DNA of 64,000 nucleotides, from contig FLMG01000505.1 in the NCBI GenBank assembly GCA_900088475.1, positions 1-64,000 on the forward strand, in the 5' to 3' direction. Positions 11,203 to 26,400 of the stretch are shown here, one piece after another. This DNA is from Hyphochytrium catenoides (taxonomy: Eukaryota; Protista; Hyphochytriomycota). The notes beneath the pieces are model-generated. The model was not told the origin of the DNA, ran no database searches, and saw only the letters and a program-made list of their open reading frames with translations. The translations under genes and the position numbers were made by a program. Position 1 is the stretch's first letter, and each line of letters starts with the position of its first letter.

Positions 11203-14200
11203 CTATCTTGCGGGCAGCTTCTCGTCCACCATCTGCAGCACTGCTACCCTTTTGGCCGAGGACTGAAACAAAGCCCTGCGAAGAAGGTTCAGATAGATGT
11301 CGGTCTGTCTAGTTGCTAGTGTCTCTTTCCAATCATCTGGTCCAACATCTAGTCCTGGACTGGAGAGCTGTGATGCTTATGGTATTAGTCCTATCGGCTT
11401 CCGTTCTATTCGTTTATTGTTGCCCTTCATCCTTACTACAGTCCCTGAGAAACCCTTTCCTAATGGCTGGAGTGTTTAACGTACCTTAGAAGCTTGGTTA
11501 TCTCTCCAGCCGTAAAACAGTTCAGTTGGCCTTGGTTCAAGGAGTCCGAGATACCCTGCAAGTTGTTTTGCTGGGGCCAGATTAAGGGTAAGAAATGAGC
11601 AGGCACAGCCACAGGTCTTATTTTTATTGGATAAGGGAAGAAGATGTGGACTTCCTGACAGGCAGAGATAAACAAAAGAGCGATGCAGGTTTGGCGCAGC
11701 ATAGGCGGAAGGTTGCGGAACAGGTACCGCAATCGTATGACCACATGGCTCTCTTCGCTCCCTTTTGCCTCCATCATCTCCATAAGAAGCAGTAGAAGAC
11801 ATCTTACCAAGAGCTCCGAGAGTCTTCGAAAGCGAACGAAGGTCGCAGATTTCTCGCTGCTGGGCGGAAGTATTGACTCCACCTACGGGTAAGAAGATTC
11901 ATGCCAAAAAGGAAGGTTTTATAAGTGGAAACAGCAAAGGAAATAGAGCAAGTTCACGTGCGGAATCACCTCCGAAAGCATACTGAACAGGTATCGGATT
12001 TGATTGGACCCTTCTTCAGAAATGGCCTGCACTCACAAGAGTGATGGAGAAAGGAGACAGACAGTGTGAAACACCAGGAGCGGCGATTTTGCTGTCTATA
12101 AGAAAAGAATAGCAAACAAGTGGAGGAAGAACCCGAGTGCTGACACAGCAGGTGAGACAACTACACAGAACGAGTCAAGAATTGAGAAACCCTGCCGCCC
12201 ACATGCTTATGCTTCCAATAACGTTTGCGCAAGAGAAGGTAGAAGTAGAGAGTTGCTGCTCGCAAGGAGGAAGTATGGAGACGAACGCAGAAGGATACAA
12301 ATAACCTGACGTACATCAAGATCTAGGGTAGATTGAATGAGGAAAGCGTATACTGCTTCCATAAGCCCTCCCAAAGACGTTGTGAACACCTTCCGCGGCA
12401 TTTTATCCTTCCATTCCATCCCCAATCGACCCAGCGCGCTGGCCACCACTTTGAAGCCTTCTTCCAGTCTAGAGAAGTGCTCATTGCTGTCTGCCATCTT
12501 TAGGCCCTAGGAGTGGAAAAGAGTCATACGAGGCATGACTTTTCAGTCAAACTAAGAACAGGAGCGAGCTGTTAATCAAGGCAAGGAAGAAGCAAAGCAC
12601 AGAGTTTCAACTAAGGAGGCCACAACGTAGACATGTGACTGTAGAAATGAACATCAACGAGGCATTCCTAGGTACACGTTGATAGGGCAAGAGAGGACGA
12701 GTAATCATAGGTATGGCCAGCAATGACTACCGGTGTCTGTTGCAACGTGTTCAGGAGGAATTCTCTCTGCCTCCTAAGCTCGTGCAGAAGAACTTTTTCG
12801 CCAATCTCTCTGAAGGCAGGGACCATATCCACCATTATTGCCCTGCGACCGATAGCTGGGGATAGCCTACGTAATTCATTAGAGTGACCTTAGATGAGTA
12901 GGAACAAGGGAGAGGTGCCAGGAGGGAGTGAACTTCAGCGATACTAGTGGACTTCGGGGCAGCAAATGTTAGTGGGTCATATTTGTAAAGAGTTTCTGGT
13001 CTGACCGGATAAGATGGGGCAAGATGACAGAGAAACAGGAAGAGAGATAAAGGAGTTAGGGGTAGCGAGAAGCGAAAGGGTCTACGGTGCAGCAGCCACA
13101 ACGCTTACTTCGGCCTGAACTGATGCCCCAGCGTGAGCATATGATGTGTAATGTAGAGACAGTCGTTATAAAATAGAACACTCAGACGGGAATCTCTGTT
13201 TAGGTTCTCCTCCTGGACTGTGGGCACTATGGCGCGGAAAAGATTGAAGAGGTCACGAGCCGTGTAGACCAAGACATTGGCCGTTAAAGGAGTTGAGGTT
13301 GTTGCCTGAAGATAGGAGCAGCAAACGATGCAAAAGTGTGACTCTGACCTCTTCACTTAGCAGAGATCAAGGGCATGAGCGACGTCGAAAGGAAAGGCAT
13401 TGAAGATAGACGTTGAGAGAAGGCAATGGTAGGACGCGAGTGAAATGAAGTCTATGATGAAAGTTGCCTGTACCTCCACCATGGCTTGATACACCATCTC
13501 TACCAACTTGTGAGTGGCAGCTGTGATATACATTCTTGGCAGGCGGAAGTAGGAATTCTCATCCTCTTCTGAGACTGATGCCGATGAAGTAGTAAGTAGG
13601 GCAACGAATAGTGATCTTTATTTAGCTGCGTTTTGCCAGAATGAAGAGAAATCGAAAACCAACAACGCCTCACCTGATGGCTTCTTTGAGACTGACATGG
13701 ACGACAAAGAGCTCCTCTCTGTGGCATCCATAACTTCCATCGCACTGTGATAATCCTGTAGAAGGATCTCTCGTGCTCTTGACAGCAGGCGCATCCTCGT
13801 TTTGTTTGCGTAGTGCCTATGAAAACAACAGTCAGTGTGGATGGACCCGTGGAAGAAGATATTACCATGTAGCCACTAGAACTGAGAAGCGGAGATTGCA
13901 TGGAATTTCTATTTGTAGCTCTACCTGTTGATATCGTGAACAAAGGCAGACAAACATTGGTCGCCATCCGCAATAAAACCCATCGCCACCATGTCCTGTT
14001 CTAGTGTTTTCCCCTAGCAAAGCGATGAGAAGGGCCTATCAGTACTAGCAGAAATGATCATGGGAGATGGCTTCGATTATAATGTGTGTGTGAAGGGAGG
14101 CAATCAAACCCCATTAAGGGCAGAGGCGGACATATAGAGATTGGCAGCACGGACTTTGACTAGAACTTCGTCATAGGCTCCCAAAGCGGATGCATCGTCT

Positions 14201-16235
14201 GGGATAGCAGACTTTAGCGTCTTGACGAGGGCCGCCGAGAGACCACATTCTTGCCACAGGGTCTGCCCAATTGCTCTAAGTGGCAGGGGATCGCCCCCAA
14301 AAACCTCCTACACGGCCGCATAACAGCATATTGTGAGAGACAAACGGAAGCTAGACCCTTAAAGAGAGAGAAGATGGGTTAAGAGAGTGTCTCCGTAGCG
14401 ACAACTGCCACCCCGGATAAAATGATTGCATGGACAGAGAAAAGAAAAATCACAGATCTTATGGTTTGCAGTTAGACCAAGACATCTCTGCAGACTAGAA
14501 CCTTCAGATAGAGAGTCAGCCGCAATACTTTTTCGCACCTGATAAAGAAATCGGAAGACCTTCCCAACTCTTTCATAGACGTCTGAGGGTGAGGGTAAGG
14601 TATTCGAGGGACCTTTTCCCAGAGCAATGCACTTTACCATGGCAGTAGACCCATTGCGGGAGAGCTAGCGGGAGGAGCTTCGGTTAGCTTTAGCTTGCTG
14701 GCACAGTCATTTTTCTAAATGGATAGGCCCTCAACACTGGGGATACTTATGAAAAAATAGTCGGACTGCACCAGCAAAGACAGCGGACACTCGCATTCTA
14801 TTACGCAGAGGAAGACGGGAGAGTTCTTTAGGAGGTCAAAACGCAGCACCTCTGGGATGCACTGTCCTTCTGTGAGGAGTGGTGTCAGAATGTAATCATA
14901 GAGCTTCTTGGCAAATTCTTTAAGCTTGGTCTGGAGCAGGTCCATCATTTGCAGTGATCCTAGCAACTCCGACAGGGAGAGAGCCTCGTTGTACTTATAA
15001 CCAGTGGAGACGAGCCCTGCGAGACACAACCTTAGCCTATTGAGAAATGTTCGTGCCTCCTTTAGTCCAGCTCTTTGGGCTCATCCACACAAGCGTACAG
15101 CTTATCAGCTTGTTGGTGCTCCTCGATCTCCTATTTTCATCTTGGTTCAGCTCAATACCCTCTATATCCCGCGGTTGTCCCTTCCACTTTTGAGTCACAA
15201 CTATTACTCTATCTAGGTCAACTGTTTCCCGACACTGCTGCGTAGGGGCCACAAGTAAGCAACTGGCCACTGGTCACTAGTACGTTACCTTGCAGCTCAA
15301 GAGTACACTTGAGAGTCCTGATTTCTGCCCTAAAAGCGAGCATCTTGCTTAGGACTTCTGAAAGCCTCGAAGCAAGATGGTTCTTCCTTTTCAGATATTG
15401 ATTTCTCAGGACCTTAGATTCGATCAATAGAAAAGTTAGCTAAAGGGTCTGGTGTAGGAAACGAAGCACTATCAGAACGCGTGAGCCACGTGAGGTACCA
15501 AAAGAAAGCATGCCAGCAAGAACGTAGAAGGAAGTCCCAGAGTCATGCGAGTGAAGAGTTATCGTGTAGAAGACCTTGAAGATCTTCGCGTCCGATTCTT
15601 GAGGGTCTTCTGTCGCACATTTTGTCGGCAGGCTAGCCAGTCCATCCTTCATAGCTTGAAGCTCAGATGCAGCCTTGAGATAAGAACCGGATTCCACAGC
15701 CACATCAAAGGAGTGAAGCGATTCCTCAATTTGAGCCAGGTTCTGAAGCACCNNNNNNNNNNNNNNNNNNNNNNNNNNNNNNNNNNNNNNNNNNNNNNNN
15801 NNNNNNNNTGGGATAACACGTCACCGCTCGCCTACCGAATCTGTGAAGTGAGCCTCTGATATTCTGATAGGGACTGGGTGAATGCTCCTTGTAAGTTGAC
15901 ATCTGGACGCTCCAACGTTGTCAGCAGCTCCTAGAGCGTCAGGAGGCAGCACAGAATTGGTGGTACCGTAGAACAAATAAAGAATGACGGTTAATTGTTT
16001 GTCATTAGCAGCCTATCTTGTTGAGCTCTGCAACTACCTTAAGTGAAGTCTCGGCTGCAGCAACCTTTTCCTTCATGTCCACCGAGCATGAGAAGGAGTT
16101 CGAATACTCCGAGTAATATGCTCGGACAGTGTCAAAGATCTCAGACTTAACGCTATTGATGCGGTTGTGAACTATCCCTAATCGCTCTGCGACCTGGTGA
16201 ACAGTTCCTGGAGCGGTACCCTCAGGTCGGGTCAT
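11203..16235 (-). CDS. ZW10: Centromere/kinetochore protein ZW10 (RZZ/NRZ complex), multi-exon
   Basis: Exons include ARDLFNLFRAIVP...SVLFYNDCLYITHHMLTLGHQFR, LGRLGMEWKDKMP, FRRLSELL, and C-terminal FTAGEITKLL-RALFQSSAKRVAVLQMV...*. The start MTRPEG follows an apparent 5'UTR intron. Confidence 0.9.
15753..15808. other. Assembly gap (N run) inside ZW10
   Basis: Run of 56 Ns. Confidence 0.95.
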
Positions 16236-16952
16236 CCTGAAAATTGGTTTGTCTCGAATGAGATTGTACAGGGCTAATGGGAGCCTCCGCTTCTCTGAGC
16301 TATGGATTACTGGGGGGTTAATGCTAAGACTCACACCGGCACTAGTCCCGCGGCAGTCGACAGGCGCTACGGTCCCAGACAGACGAGACTATCGTTATAA
16401 ACAAAAGCTCAGAAGCAGAGATCAGAGATCATATCATCAGTCGTTCATCAAAGAAATCAGATGACGGCCACCCCGCAAAGCTGGCACTTTGCCTTCTCGC
16501 GCCAGTTCGCGTTCAAAAAAAGTCTACCAATTCGCATTGCAGTCCCAGTCAGAAATAAAGCAGTCCGAACTAAACCTTATTCCCGTCAAACCATCATTCG
16601 ATTCTTGAGAGAGGGTGTATTAGCCGCTAACGCGCCTAGTAGCTTATCCTTTACGTGACATCTCAGAGATCTTCATGAGCCAATGGCATCAACACAGCTT
16701 CTTCTTTCTTCGCTGCATCCGATCGCGAGGTGATAGGCAACACAACGAAGCACGACCTTTCCTAGTTTTTATGGACTTACTGATGGTATAGCGCCAGATC
16801 GGGTGGGCCAGTGTCGCAAGCCAGGGATTACCCAGACATATGAAGTTTGGAGATTAATGATGGTTGAGCGCTGGCCCATCTCCTTTTGGTACAGCAAGAG
16901 CAGCAGCCGGGGATGACCTGGTCGGAGTTTTGCTATCTCTACACCGCGAGAG

Positions 16953-19900
16953 ATGGATGAGGGCTCATTGCACTCCTTTAAGGCACAGTCGACAAGATTC
17001 ATCCTTCACATAGGTAGGTATACTGTCTCTCTTACTTTTACCCACACAAAGTGCTAGCGTCGACTAACGCCACTCCTGGAAACTAACTCATACCTCCTTT
17101 TATCAAGATTTGGACTGCTTCTATTGCCAAGTAGAAGCGAAGAGACTGAAAATTCCGCCTGAAGTACCCTTAGCAGTTCAGCAATGGCAAGGTAAGAAAG
17201 TGCACAGGTCATGGTCTACTTCGGCTTCTCGTTTATATCTAAAGGGTGACGACTTTGATGTTAGGGCTAATCGCGGTCAACTACGCAGCGAAAGAAAAGG
17301 GCATTCGAAGGTTCACAAAGGTGGAGGAAGCTCAACAGCTCTGCCCAGAGCTTGTGCTTGTACGTAGCCACAGAGTCGTAGCTCCCGATGTCAATGGCTA
17401 TCCTGGCGAACACCTCGGCTATCCTCCTGGATGTGCCTTAATGGTAATCTGTTGGTCTCCTTCTTTTTGCGAACTGTTGAAGGTACATGTAGAGGTGGTG
17501 ACCACAGAAGGGCTGCTTGAAGATGCAGAGAGTCCTGAGAAGGGCCTCCACAAAGCCTCCTTGAGACGATATAGAGAGGCCAGCAATGAGATATTTGACA
17601 TATTTCAGCGCTTTTCGCCTCTTTGTGAGAGAGCTTCCATTGACGAAGCTTATTTAGACGTCACAGAGCTAGTATTGGAAAGAGCGCAGCAGGTGGGTTC
17701 CCATGCCGTCCACCTGTTAAAGTTGTCTGAGTCCATCTTGCACCTTTTTGCCGGTTGTCTTTTCTGGTATGCTCTATTACTATCCATGCAGCCGCACTTT
17801 TTGAGGACAGTACTACCGCTCTTTTGGTCTCATTATCTCTCCAAAGTTTCTTTCAGACATCAAGTCATTGCTCTTTCGTTAGAACTGCTGGAAGCCTATC
17901 GCTAAGCGCTCCGCCTGCACATCCCTCGCTACTACTTGTCTCTATCACTGGCTGACGCGCACCTCGTGCGGATGCTGGTAGTATGAACCTTCAGGTCTGC
18001 TATCATCACCTTCCGATCAGATCGTGTACGGTGGTAAACTAGACTTCAATAGCGAGATGGATCACCTTCTGGCTTTGGCTGGAGAGATTAGTAAAGAGAT
18101 TCGAGAGACAGTATTTCGAGAGCTTGGATACACATGCTCCGCCGGCATAGCCCATAACAAAATGCTTGCAAAGATTGCGTCTCCGATGAATAAGCCGAAC
18201 AAGCAGACAGTAGTCCCTCTTAAATATGTAAAGGAGCTGATGGAGCAGCTTCCCTTTCGCAACATCAGGTAAAGTTCTCTTCTTCCCTCTTGCTATACTC
18301 TTGTTCGCCCGTACCTATGCCCACTGCTTTCGCTTTTCGGTTCCTCGCTTGATCATAAGTCTCGTCTCTTCTCCCAGGTTGTCTCAGCTCAGAGCGACTA
18401 CATCTAAAAGGCCGCCAAGTTGGTTTTTTCTCCTAAAGCCTCTTGCTGTCCCTACTCTTCAAAGGGAATATGAAAGAGGAACATGTCAGGCTCAGCTCTC
18501 ACGGACCGTCCTTATCCTTTCACCTTCTCCTCCAGGGGCCTTGGCGGAAAGCTGGGGACGTCGTTAGAGAAGCAGAATGTCGGTTCGACAGCAGGAGACA
18601 TCAGCCGGTGGGGTTTGAACAATCTGCGCAGAGTGTTTGGAGACAAAACAGGTAAGGTTTTTTTTCCCGAGGCAATGTGAGCTACTCTAAAGTTTACGGT
18701 TGAAGGCACATACTTCGTGCCAGCAGCATGGGCAGTAAAAGCCCTATGATGGAAGGTTGTTAGATTATTTACTAAGGTTGTTGTGAATAGCAGTGTCTAC
18801 ACCTTCCACTCATTTCTCCAATGCCTTGGTCCTCCGTTTCACTATAAGCTTTCCATCCACTTCGCTAACCAAACTTTTCTGTTTTCTACGACGGCCCCTT
18901 CAGGTACCTTTATCTACCGCAAGTGTCTCGGGCTGGATGATGATGCCGTGGTGTGCAAGGACAAGCCTAAATCTATTCTTGCAGCCAAGTCTTTTTCAGC
19001 AACTAACACCTACGAGGAACTGGAAAGTTGGGTTCACGTCCTTACCACAGAAATGGAAGCTCGGCTAAAAAAGGATCATGATGCTTACCATAGGACACCT
19101 CGAACCTTTGTGGCTCACTTCCGAAAGCTCTATACAAAGTCAAGATCGCATAGCTGCCCTATGCCACGGAAGACAGACAAAAAGGACCTTACGGAGACAA
19201 CCTTGAAACTCTTGAAGAGCATTCCTCCCACTGACCTCTTCCCTTGCGTCCACATCTCCATCTCTGTCACCTCCTTTGTGGAGGTAGACGAGAAATCTGC
19301 CATCACCACTTTCTTCTCGAAAGATACCAACCCTTGCCCAAGCATTACTCCCCCGAAGCCCTTTCACTCTAGGGACGGCGAGACCCAGACAAAAAGCAAG
19401 AAACCGCGAATTGAAAGCTTTTTCTTGAAGGGAAATAGCCGGGACCTGGAGAAGCTGCCCGTAGTTCGTCCTACAGAACTCCGATCGCCTTTTGAAGAAA
19501 ATGACGCCACTTCAGCAACTTCTTCGTGCGGTGTCTCCGGCTCTTCCTCCGCATCTCTCCTCGACAATTCGGCACCTTCTTCTATGTCGACTATTAAATG
19601 CTCAGATTGTGGCGCAGAGCTGGAGATCTTGTTGGCACAAGAGCATGCAGATTTTCACTTCGCGATGAATCTTTCCAAATCTATGAATCAGAACAACTCG
19701 ACTTCAGGTAGACCTCCCCAGGGCCTGCAGCCTCTTATTACGTTCCCCTTGCGGGCGGATGGGTAGAGTTCCCTTTGCGTATAGCTTGTGTCACCGTCTT
19801 TTCGCGTTGGGCTCTCCATAGTCTGCTCACCCCAGATTCCTAACAACCTTTTTCTTCAGAACATAACAAAGTTAGTCCTAGCGCCGATGCTCAGCGCAGC

Positions 19901-19996
19901 CAGAAGACCCAGAGCAAACCGAAAGGCATCAAAGCATTCTTCGCCAGAGCTTCCAGTGGTGAGAGACATGCCAGTTTGTCCCTGTGTATGGTCTAA
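16953..19996 (+). CDS. POLH: DNA polymerase eta (Y family), multi-exon
   Basis: ILHI|DLDCFYCQVE; PLAVQQWQ|GLIAVNYAAK; ERASIDEAYLDVT; GYTCSAGIAHNKMLAKIASPMNKPNKQT; GLGGKLG; PKSILAAKSF; C-terminal UBZ CSDCG...QEHADFHFAMNLSK; the exact last codon is uncertain (19996-20021). Confidence 0.93.
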
Positions 19997-20474
19997 GTTG
20001 AACCTCCACTCTCTAGACTGAGACGCTATGGTGAAGATCTGCGTGGGAGAGGATAGATAGTCCTTTGGCAATGGTCATCGTCTCAATGCTGGCGGAGGCG
20101 CTTGGACGTTGCGGCAACTTGCTAAGCTAGTCTACGGATGGAAGAAGCTTAATTACTATCGACAGGATCCGGCAACTTCTTCTTTGAACCTGTCAGTCGT
20201 CGCCTGACATTGTCACTCTGGGCGGGCGGAAGCAACACAGGGTGCGCCATGGCTTTCAGGCAGTAGGACAAGGACGGGCGCATATGGCCTTGAATCCGAG
20301 GTGCAATATATTAGATTAGGACGACGTCAAATTCTCTCACTCGTCTGGTGAAGTGCAAAGCACTAAGATCGCACAGGAGAAACCTCCTAAACTGTTTTAG
20401 CCATGTTTACCATTCGATGTTTTTTCTAAGAAAAGGATGTATGATACATTAATAACAATATTGCTCACTGAGCT

Positions 20475-23400
20475 TTACGCGCCCATGCGATTCTCTACAT
20501 AAGTCTTCACACCTTCCACGCACATTGCCTGCTTCCACTTCATGAAGTTGCCAGCCCAGCTTGGAACTAAGCTTTGCTGTGAAGAGGGAAATGATAGGAG
20601 TCAGATGGTTCTATTTACTCAGCGGCATTAGTAACGAAGACAGTGCGCTAGTGTAACATGCAGCTGTATCATTGGACTAGTAGCGCATCCCTCTTAAGTC
20701 AGAGGAAACAGACTAACAGAGGGAAAAGGGACATCAGGGAAGGGTCAGAGAAGATTGTAGACGAGTCCCGTTACACATACAGTACGACACAGAACGAACG
20801 TAAGACTGTACCTTGGGGTCCGTCTGCAGCACAAAGACTATCTCGGTATGTGCTTTGTTGGTTTCGGCTGGATGGATATAGAAGCCGCTGAGAGGCACAT
20901 GCCCTCGAATAAGGTTCGGGTTCTGAACAATGTCCTCGCGGTTTATTGACTGGTGAGGGAAACACAGGAGAGGGTGGAGTGGATGAAAAACCGAACGGCG
21001 GCACATCGACGTATCCATGACCACAACGGACGGCAGGGAGCGTTCGGAGGTAAGGGATATAGAGAGGCGATCATTAGCTAGGCAAAAACCCTTGTGGCAC
21101 AGAATTGCCAAGAGAATATAAAGCCAGAAAGTTCGCTAACCTGGCCGAAGACTGCGTAGCTTCCTCTTCCCGTCACATCCTTCTCCTTACATTGCAGAAA
21201 TAGGAGATCCCTAATACGTGATAATATGAAAGAGCAGGTTGATTACTGATAAGCTTTCACCACTCCCGCAGCATGAGGATGACAAGCAGAAGTAGTAAAG
21301 AGGAACAAACCTCTTTTAGTAGGACACTATCCTAGAGAAAGAGGGTGAACATTCAAGTATGGTGCCATAGAAAGGTAAAGAAGGACCCATCCATTACCTA
21401 TCCTTCATGAAAGGTGAGGGCGACTCCAGTACGTAGTGAACAATGCTCATCATCTCGTCTATACTCTCAACCACGGAGGCTGACACGGTCATCGGATCCC
21501 ACCGAGGGCGCACACTAACATCTGCAACTGTGTGGTAGACGTCTCGCGATGAGGCCTTAATGATGCCCCATCCTCTGAAGAGAATCATGTTAGCTATTTG
21601 GAAAAAGAAATGGAGGGCAGCAGCAACAGAGCAGCTGAACATTATTGCGGACTTGTAGGTGAGGAAGTGTTGGCTATGAGACTAAGCAGATTAGAGGTGC
21701 CCCCCCCTCCCCCGCAAAAAAAGAAAGCACGAAAGGGCACTGCGCAAGTACGCAGTGTTGGACCAGGGAATAAGGGCGGAACGGCAAACAAGACTGTGAA
21801 ATAGAACTTGACATACAGAGAGGACTAAAGCCATTTTTACAGAAAAGTTAATGCACGCGGTGGAGTGTAGGAGTGTGGGGAGGGAGTCACGACGACAAAG
21901 GTGCGGGCCAATGACAACATCGGGCGTACCTCACGACGACCGTCCCATCTTCGGCATCTTTAAAACGTGAAACAACCATTTCATTGTGCGCCTTCCAGAA
22001 CTTCCAGCCGTTAAGCTGCTCGACTTGCCGTCCATCCGGACCTCGCATGCTTGCACCCTCCACCAAGCCCATCAGCTTTGTAAGACCACGCCGTGACATC
22101 TACGAGAGGCAGTTTGACATCCAGCTTAGAGACATATTCGAAATGGGCGCAGAGATCTAACAAAGAGAAGCACAGTTTGCCAATCTCAGGTAAAGGAGTT
22201 CAGCAACAGCAGCGTTTATTCCGCAACAATTTCAATGCAGCCACCGTCGTCCAAGATGCACGTGACGATGCAGAGAGGGCATTGTCAAGATAGGTAATGG
22301 CGAAGCCCCATCTAACGAAAGGAAGGAAACACTAACCTGTGAGTAGAACGCTTGAACGAAGACGTTGGGTTGACTCTTCCCGTCAGATAGTTTTCTATCA
22401 AACGATCGTCCAGACGAGGTAAGATCTCGGTCCCCAAAGTCGACACCGTTGACATGGAGACTGTCTTCTGGTGGGGCTGCCATCATCAAACTACCGCGAT
22501 TGGATAAGTCCGCTCCAATGCTTGATATTAAACGTTGCTGTGATGTAAGAGATGATCATGAGGGCGAAAGCGAGATTTGAATGAGCTAAAGGTTTGTTGA
22601 AGAGACAATAGGTCCAAGGGATCTCCAGACAACGAGGAGTTTGTGCCACAAGGCTTCATACCTCTGGTCTTCTACCTCTTCTGCTCGTCATAACCATGCT
22701 TCCCCTATTAGAGTGTTCAAACCCATGGGATGGACCGATACGCTGTCATCAACGAGAACCTCCGTTAGCGATGCCACCCTCGAGTATATAGAAGGTGTCG
22801 AGTTTTCTAATCACGACCCACGATCGCTCAATAAGAATTAAGTCAACGGGTTCTCACCCTACTGTCTGTGTCTGGGATGCTGTCGGTGGACTTTCCACCG
22901 AAATCTAGAAGCTCCTGCAGTGACTTAGTCGCCGCAGTCTCAACTAGATCCCTGGTAGATTCTAATAAGCTAAAGTCCTCTCCTCCTCCAACACGGGGCG
23001 AGCTTGCACTACTCCCGGGGCTATTCCTGCAAGCAAATGCAAAGAAGCGAACAAGTCAGTCACCTTGGAGTTGGGCAGATAGAGCCAGGCAGGACAAAAT
23101 GGAGTGACCAGTGAGGTTCACACTGCTAAGTCTTTAAAGTTAGCGGACAAATAGTAACCACCGATAAAGTGCAAGAATAGCAAGGGAATTGGAAGGCCCT
23201 CCACAATAAATCTGCAGGTGTACAGAGTGCAACGTAGCATGATGCCACGCGAGAAATGTCCTGGCGAAGATAGGTGATACTCAACAGTGCAGGACAAAGA
23301 TGATGAGGGTGGAGCACAAGTAACTCCTACCGTTTCCCCCTATGGTCACCCTCCTCGGGCCTGCCTGAAACGTGAGCGGCCGAAGATGAGGAGGCCGAAT

Positions 23401-26400
23401 GCGTTCGCCGCTTCGCGCTGCAGAAAGGAGTCTATTAGAGCCAAAGCTTGGGCCTAACATTTCTATACATGTACGAATGTCCGAAGGACAGTTTAACAAT
23501 CAGGGCATGGATAAACTCAAAGGGCACTTTCCGACAAAAGGAGATAGAGGGGAGCTAACATCTCGCTGTTCTTACCTCTTCTGCGTAATCCCGGCATTGG
23601 GACTCTTTTCGATTGACGAAGTCTTAGGCCTATTTGCTGGAGAATGTGCCGGAGTAGAATATGCGCTGTACGATAAGAATGGAACGAGTAGCGTAAGCTA
23701 CATAGATTAGGTAACGTCCAAACAAAGGGCAAGCGAACTGAGCCTGAGCAGATGGCAACTACAAAAGATAGACGTAAGGAGAGTTTATATACCTCCGCGA
23801 GCCGAGCGATGTGGGGCTCTTTTCTGGACCGCTTTTGAGCCTGCTAGCCGGTGACTGGGCTGGGCTGGGGTGCGCGCTGTTGTTGGAGAAGTACACATGA
23901 TTATAAAGAGAACTAGCGGCATTTTGGAATGGGGCAAAGTGAAGCGCAAACTGGTGGCCAAATGCCTACAAGCATGGACGTCTTGAGACCTAAAAGCAAG
24001 AACGACGGCCATCAGAAATGATACCTTCGAGGATGGTGGTGTGCCTGTGGCGTGCGAGGTGCACCTTCCTTGATACTGGGCGACATATCCAGACTTTTGG
24101 GCACGCTGTTGGCTGTCTTATACGTGGCACTTGAAGAGGTTGAAGGAGAGTACTTGTCGCCAGGAATTGTTCCTCCTGCTGCTGCGAGGGTCCTCTCCGA
24201 GTTTATCCGTTCTGCGCGCCGCCGGGCGAGGCGACGTCTTAAAAGCCGCCGGACGGTCGACATGACAAAGACCTAAAGGCAGACAAAATAAGAACGAGAC
24301 TTGAATAGACAACACAAAGTGCTGCATCTCCAATCAGCAGACGTGCAGCAGACGTGATTCTTAGGAAAAAAATACTCTTCAAAGGAAGTGAAGCACTCGT
24401 AAAGTCGCCTATGCGACCCACTGCCAGATGCCGCTTGGCCGACCGCGGGCTTGAAGGCTGAGCTCACAGCAGATGCGCAGTTCCTCACCGGTGTGGATGC
24501 TTCTAAATGCGTTTTGACTAGCTCAATGTTCCCTCTAACAGCCTCTTGGATGGTTGACGTCGCCTGAGCGATCTCTGGGCTGCTGGTAACCTGCTTGTGG
24601 CGGAACTGGACGGAAATATCCAGATTCTCCTTACCGCTGAGATTCTTCTGTCGCTCTAAAGAGGCCAAACAATAAAGATACCCGCAGAAGTGTCTTAGGC
24701 GTTCCAAATGGATATGGCTTTGAAGAGAAAAGGAGGTAGTGCACGGACCACGGAGTTCCGTTTCCTTCTCAGCGGAAGGTAGCAGCACAGCAGAACTTAG
24801 CAACGCAAGGGAGAAGAGTAGGAAACTATCACATGACCACCATCGAAATGATCGTAGAAGATGCGGAGAGACCCGATTAAGAATAAGCTGGTCTGCAATT
24901 TATACCTTTCTCTTCTTCCTCGTCATCACTGAGGGTAAGTTCTGTCAGCCGTACATCTAGATGTGCACTCCGAGCTAATGAGGCGCTGCGAAGAGAGATA
25001 ACATAGACTTAGCGCGAGGTTAAGAAGTAAGTGGATTCGATGGAGATTGGCCAGAACATGATGCTCACAGAGCTGTTTTGTGGGTCGCTGGGGAGCTCAT
25101 AGAATGTAGAGCCAATAAAAGAGTACCACAAGGTTGCAGGAGGCTGCTGCAATGCGATGGAGAGCAAGGAATTGTTTTCAGCACACACCTTTTGTTTACG
25201 TCGCATATATTGTCATAGAAGTTGAGGACAACAGGATAATTCTTTCTGATGAAGCTATTGAAGTGCTCCATGAAAGGCTCTTTTGCACCGAATAGCACGT
25301 TATTTGCCTATGAACAACGTATCAGGGCCATAAGAGAGTTATTAGGCCCAAGAAGTGGTCAAAATGGCAACAGGTAGCCAAGGATACGCTTCCCAGCAAA
25401 CTCAGTCCGGGCGGCCAAGGTAAGACTAACAGTAGAAAGCAGCCCAGTCCGAGCACAAGAGGTAGTAAGAACAAAGTATGGGGCCTTCAGAACCGTCAAG
25501 TACCAGATTTTGTAACATCTTCGCGACGAGCATGAGCGCTCGCCTATGTCCAGCACTAAGCACGGTTTGTTTGTGCACCAGGCCAAACTTTTGCGGTATC
25601 ACGATCACTGGACAGACAAAGCGGAGGAAAAAGACCACGCCCACTGCATTCTCGCCACTAGAGTCAAACCTAGAGATAGAGCATACAAGGAACAAATGAG
25701 CACAGGTGCTAAACTGATGGGAAAGAGAAAAGAGAGGCCAGAACAGGTCATGCTAGCACAACAGTGAATAAGTCAGTGATTCAGAGCTTCGTGCCATTAT
25801 GACCTAGGGACAGCGCTGCACGGACCCCAGGGGAGGATCGAAGCCAAATGGAGAAGACAAAGCCGAAGAATTTAATTTGCATCTTACTTGGCTGATGCCC
25901 TCTTGCGTACTTGCTCCGACAGCTGACGCAGGGTACTTGGGCAGAACTCTGCGGAATCTAGGATACTGTAAGGGAAGGAGTCAGAGAATATAACATGTCT
26001 CACGAATGTCCTTCAACAGCCATGAGGTCACTTGGTAGTAGAATAGAACTGGTGGCAAAGAAGTCCCAGACCAATAGGACCTAGACATTCAAGAGCACAG
26101 CCAGACCCAGCTTGGCGTCCCACCTTTTAAGAAAGTCCCGAGCTGCTGTCAGAAGACGTTCCCGATTTTCTTTGAGATCCTCGCCAGGTCCCAAACGATC
26201 GGGATCGACCTATAGGGAAGGGAAGCGGGAGAGAGCCTTTATTAGAAGAAAAGGAGCTCAAGTGACCAAGGAGAGAGGAAGCAGAAAGGGGCACAGATCA
26301 TGTTTCCGATAGAGGTAGAGGAGAGAGACGAGAGATAAAGCAGGCAGGATGCAGGACGAAAGAGAAGTATGGGAAGTAAGGCCATCCAAACCTACCTCAA

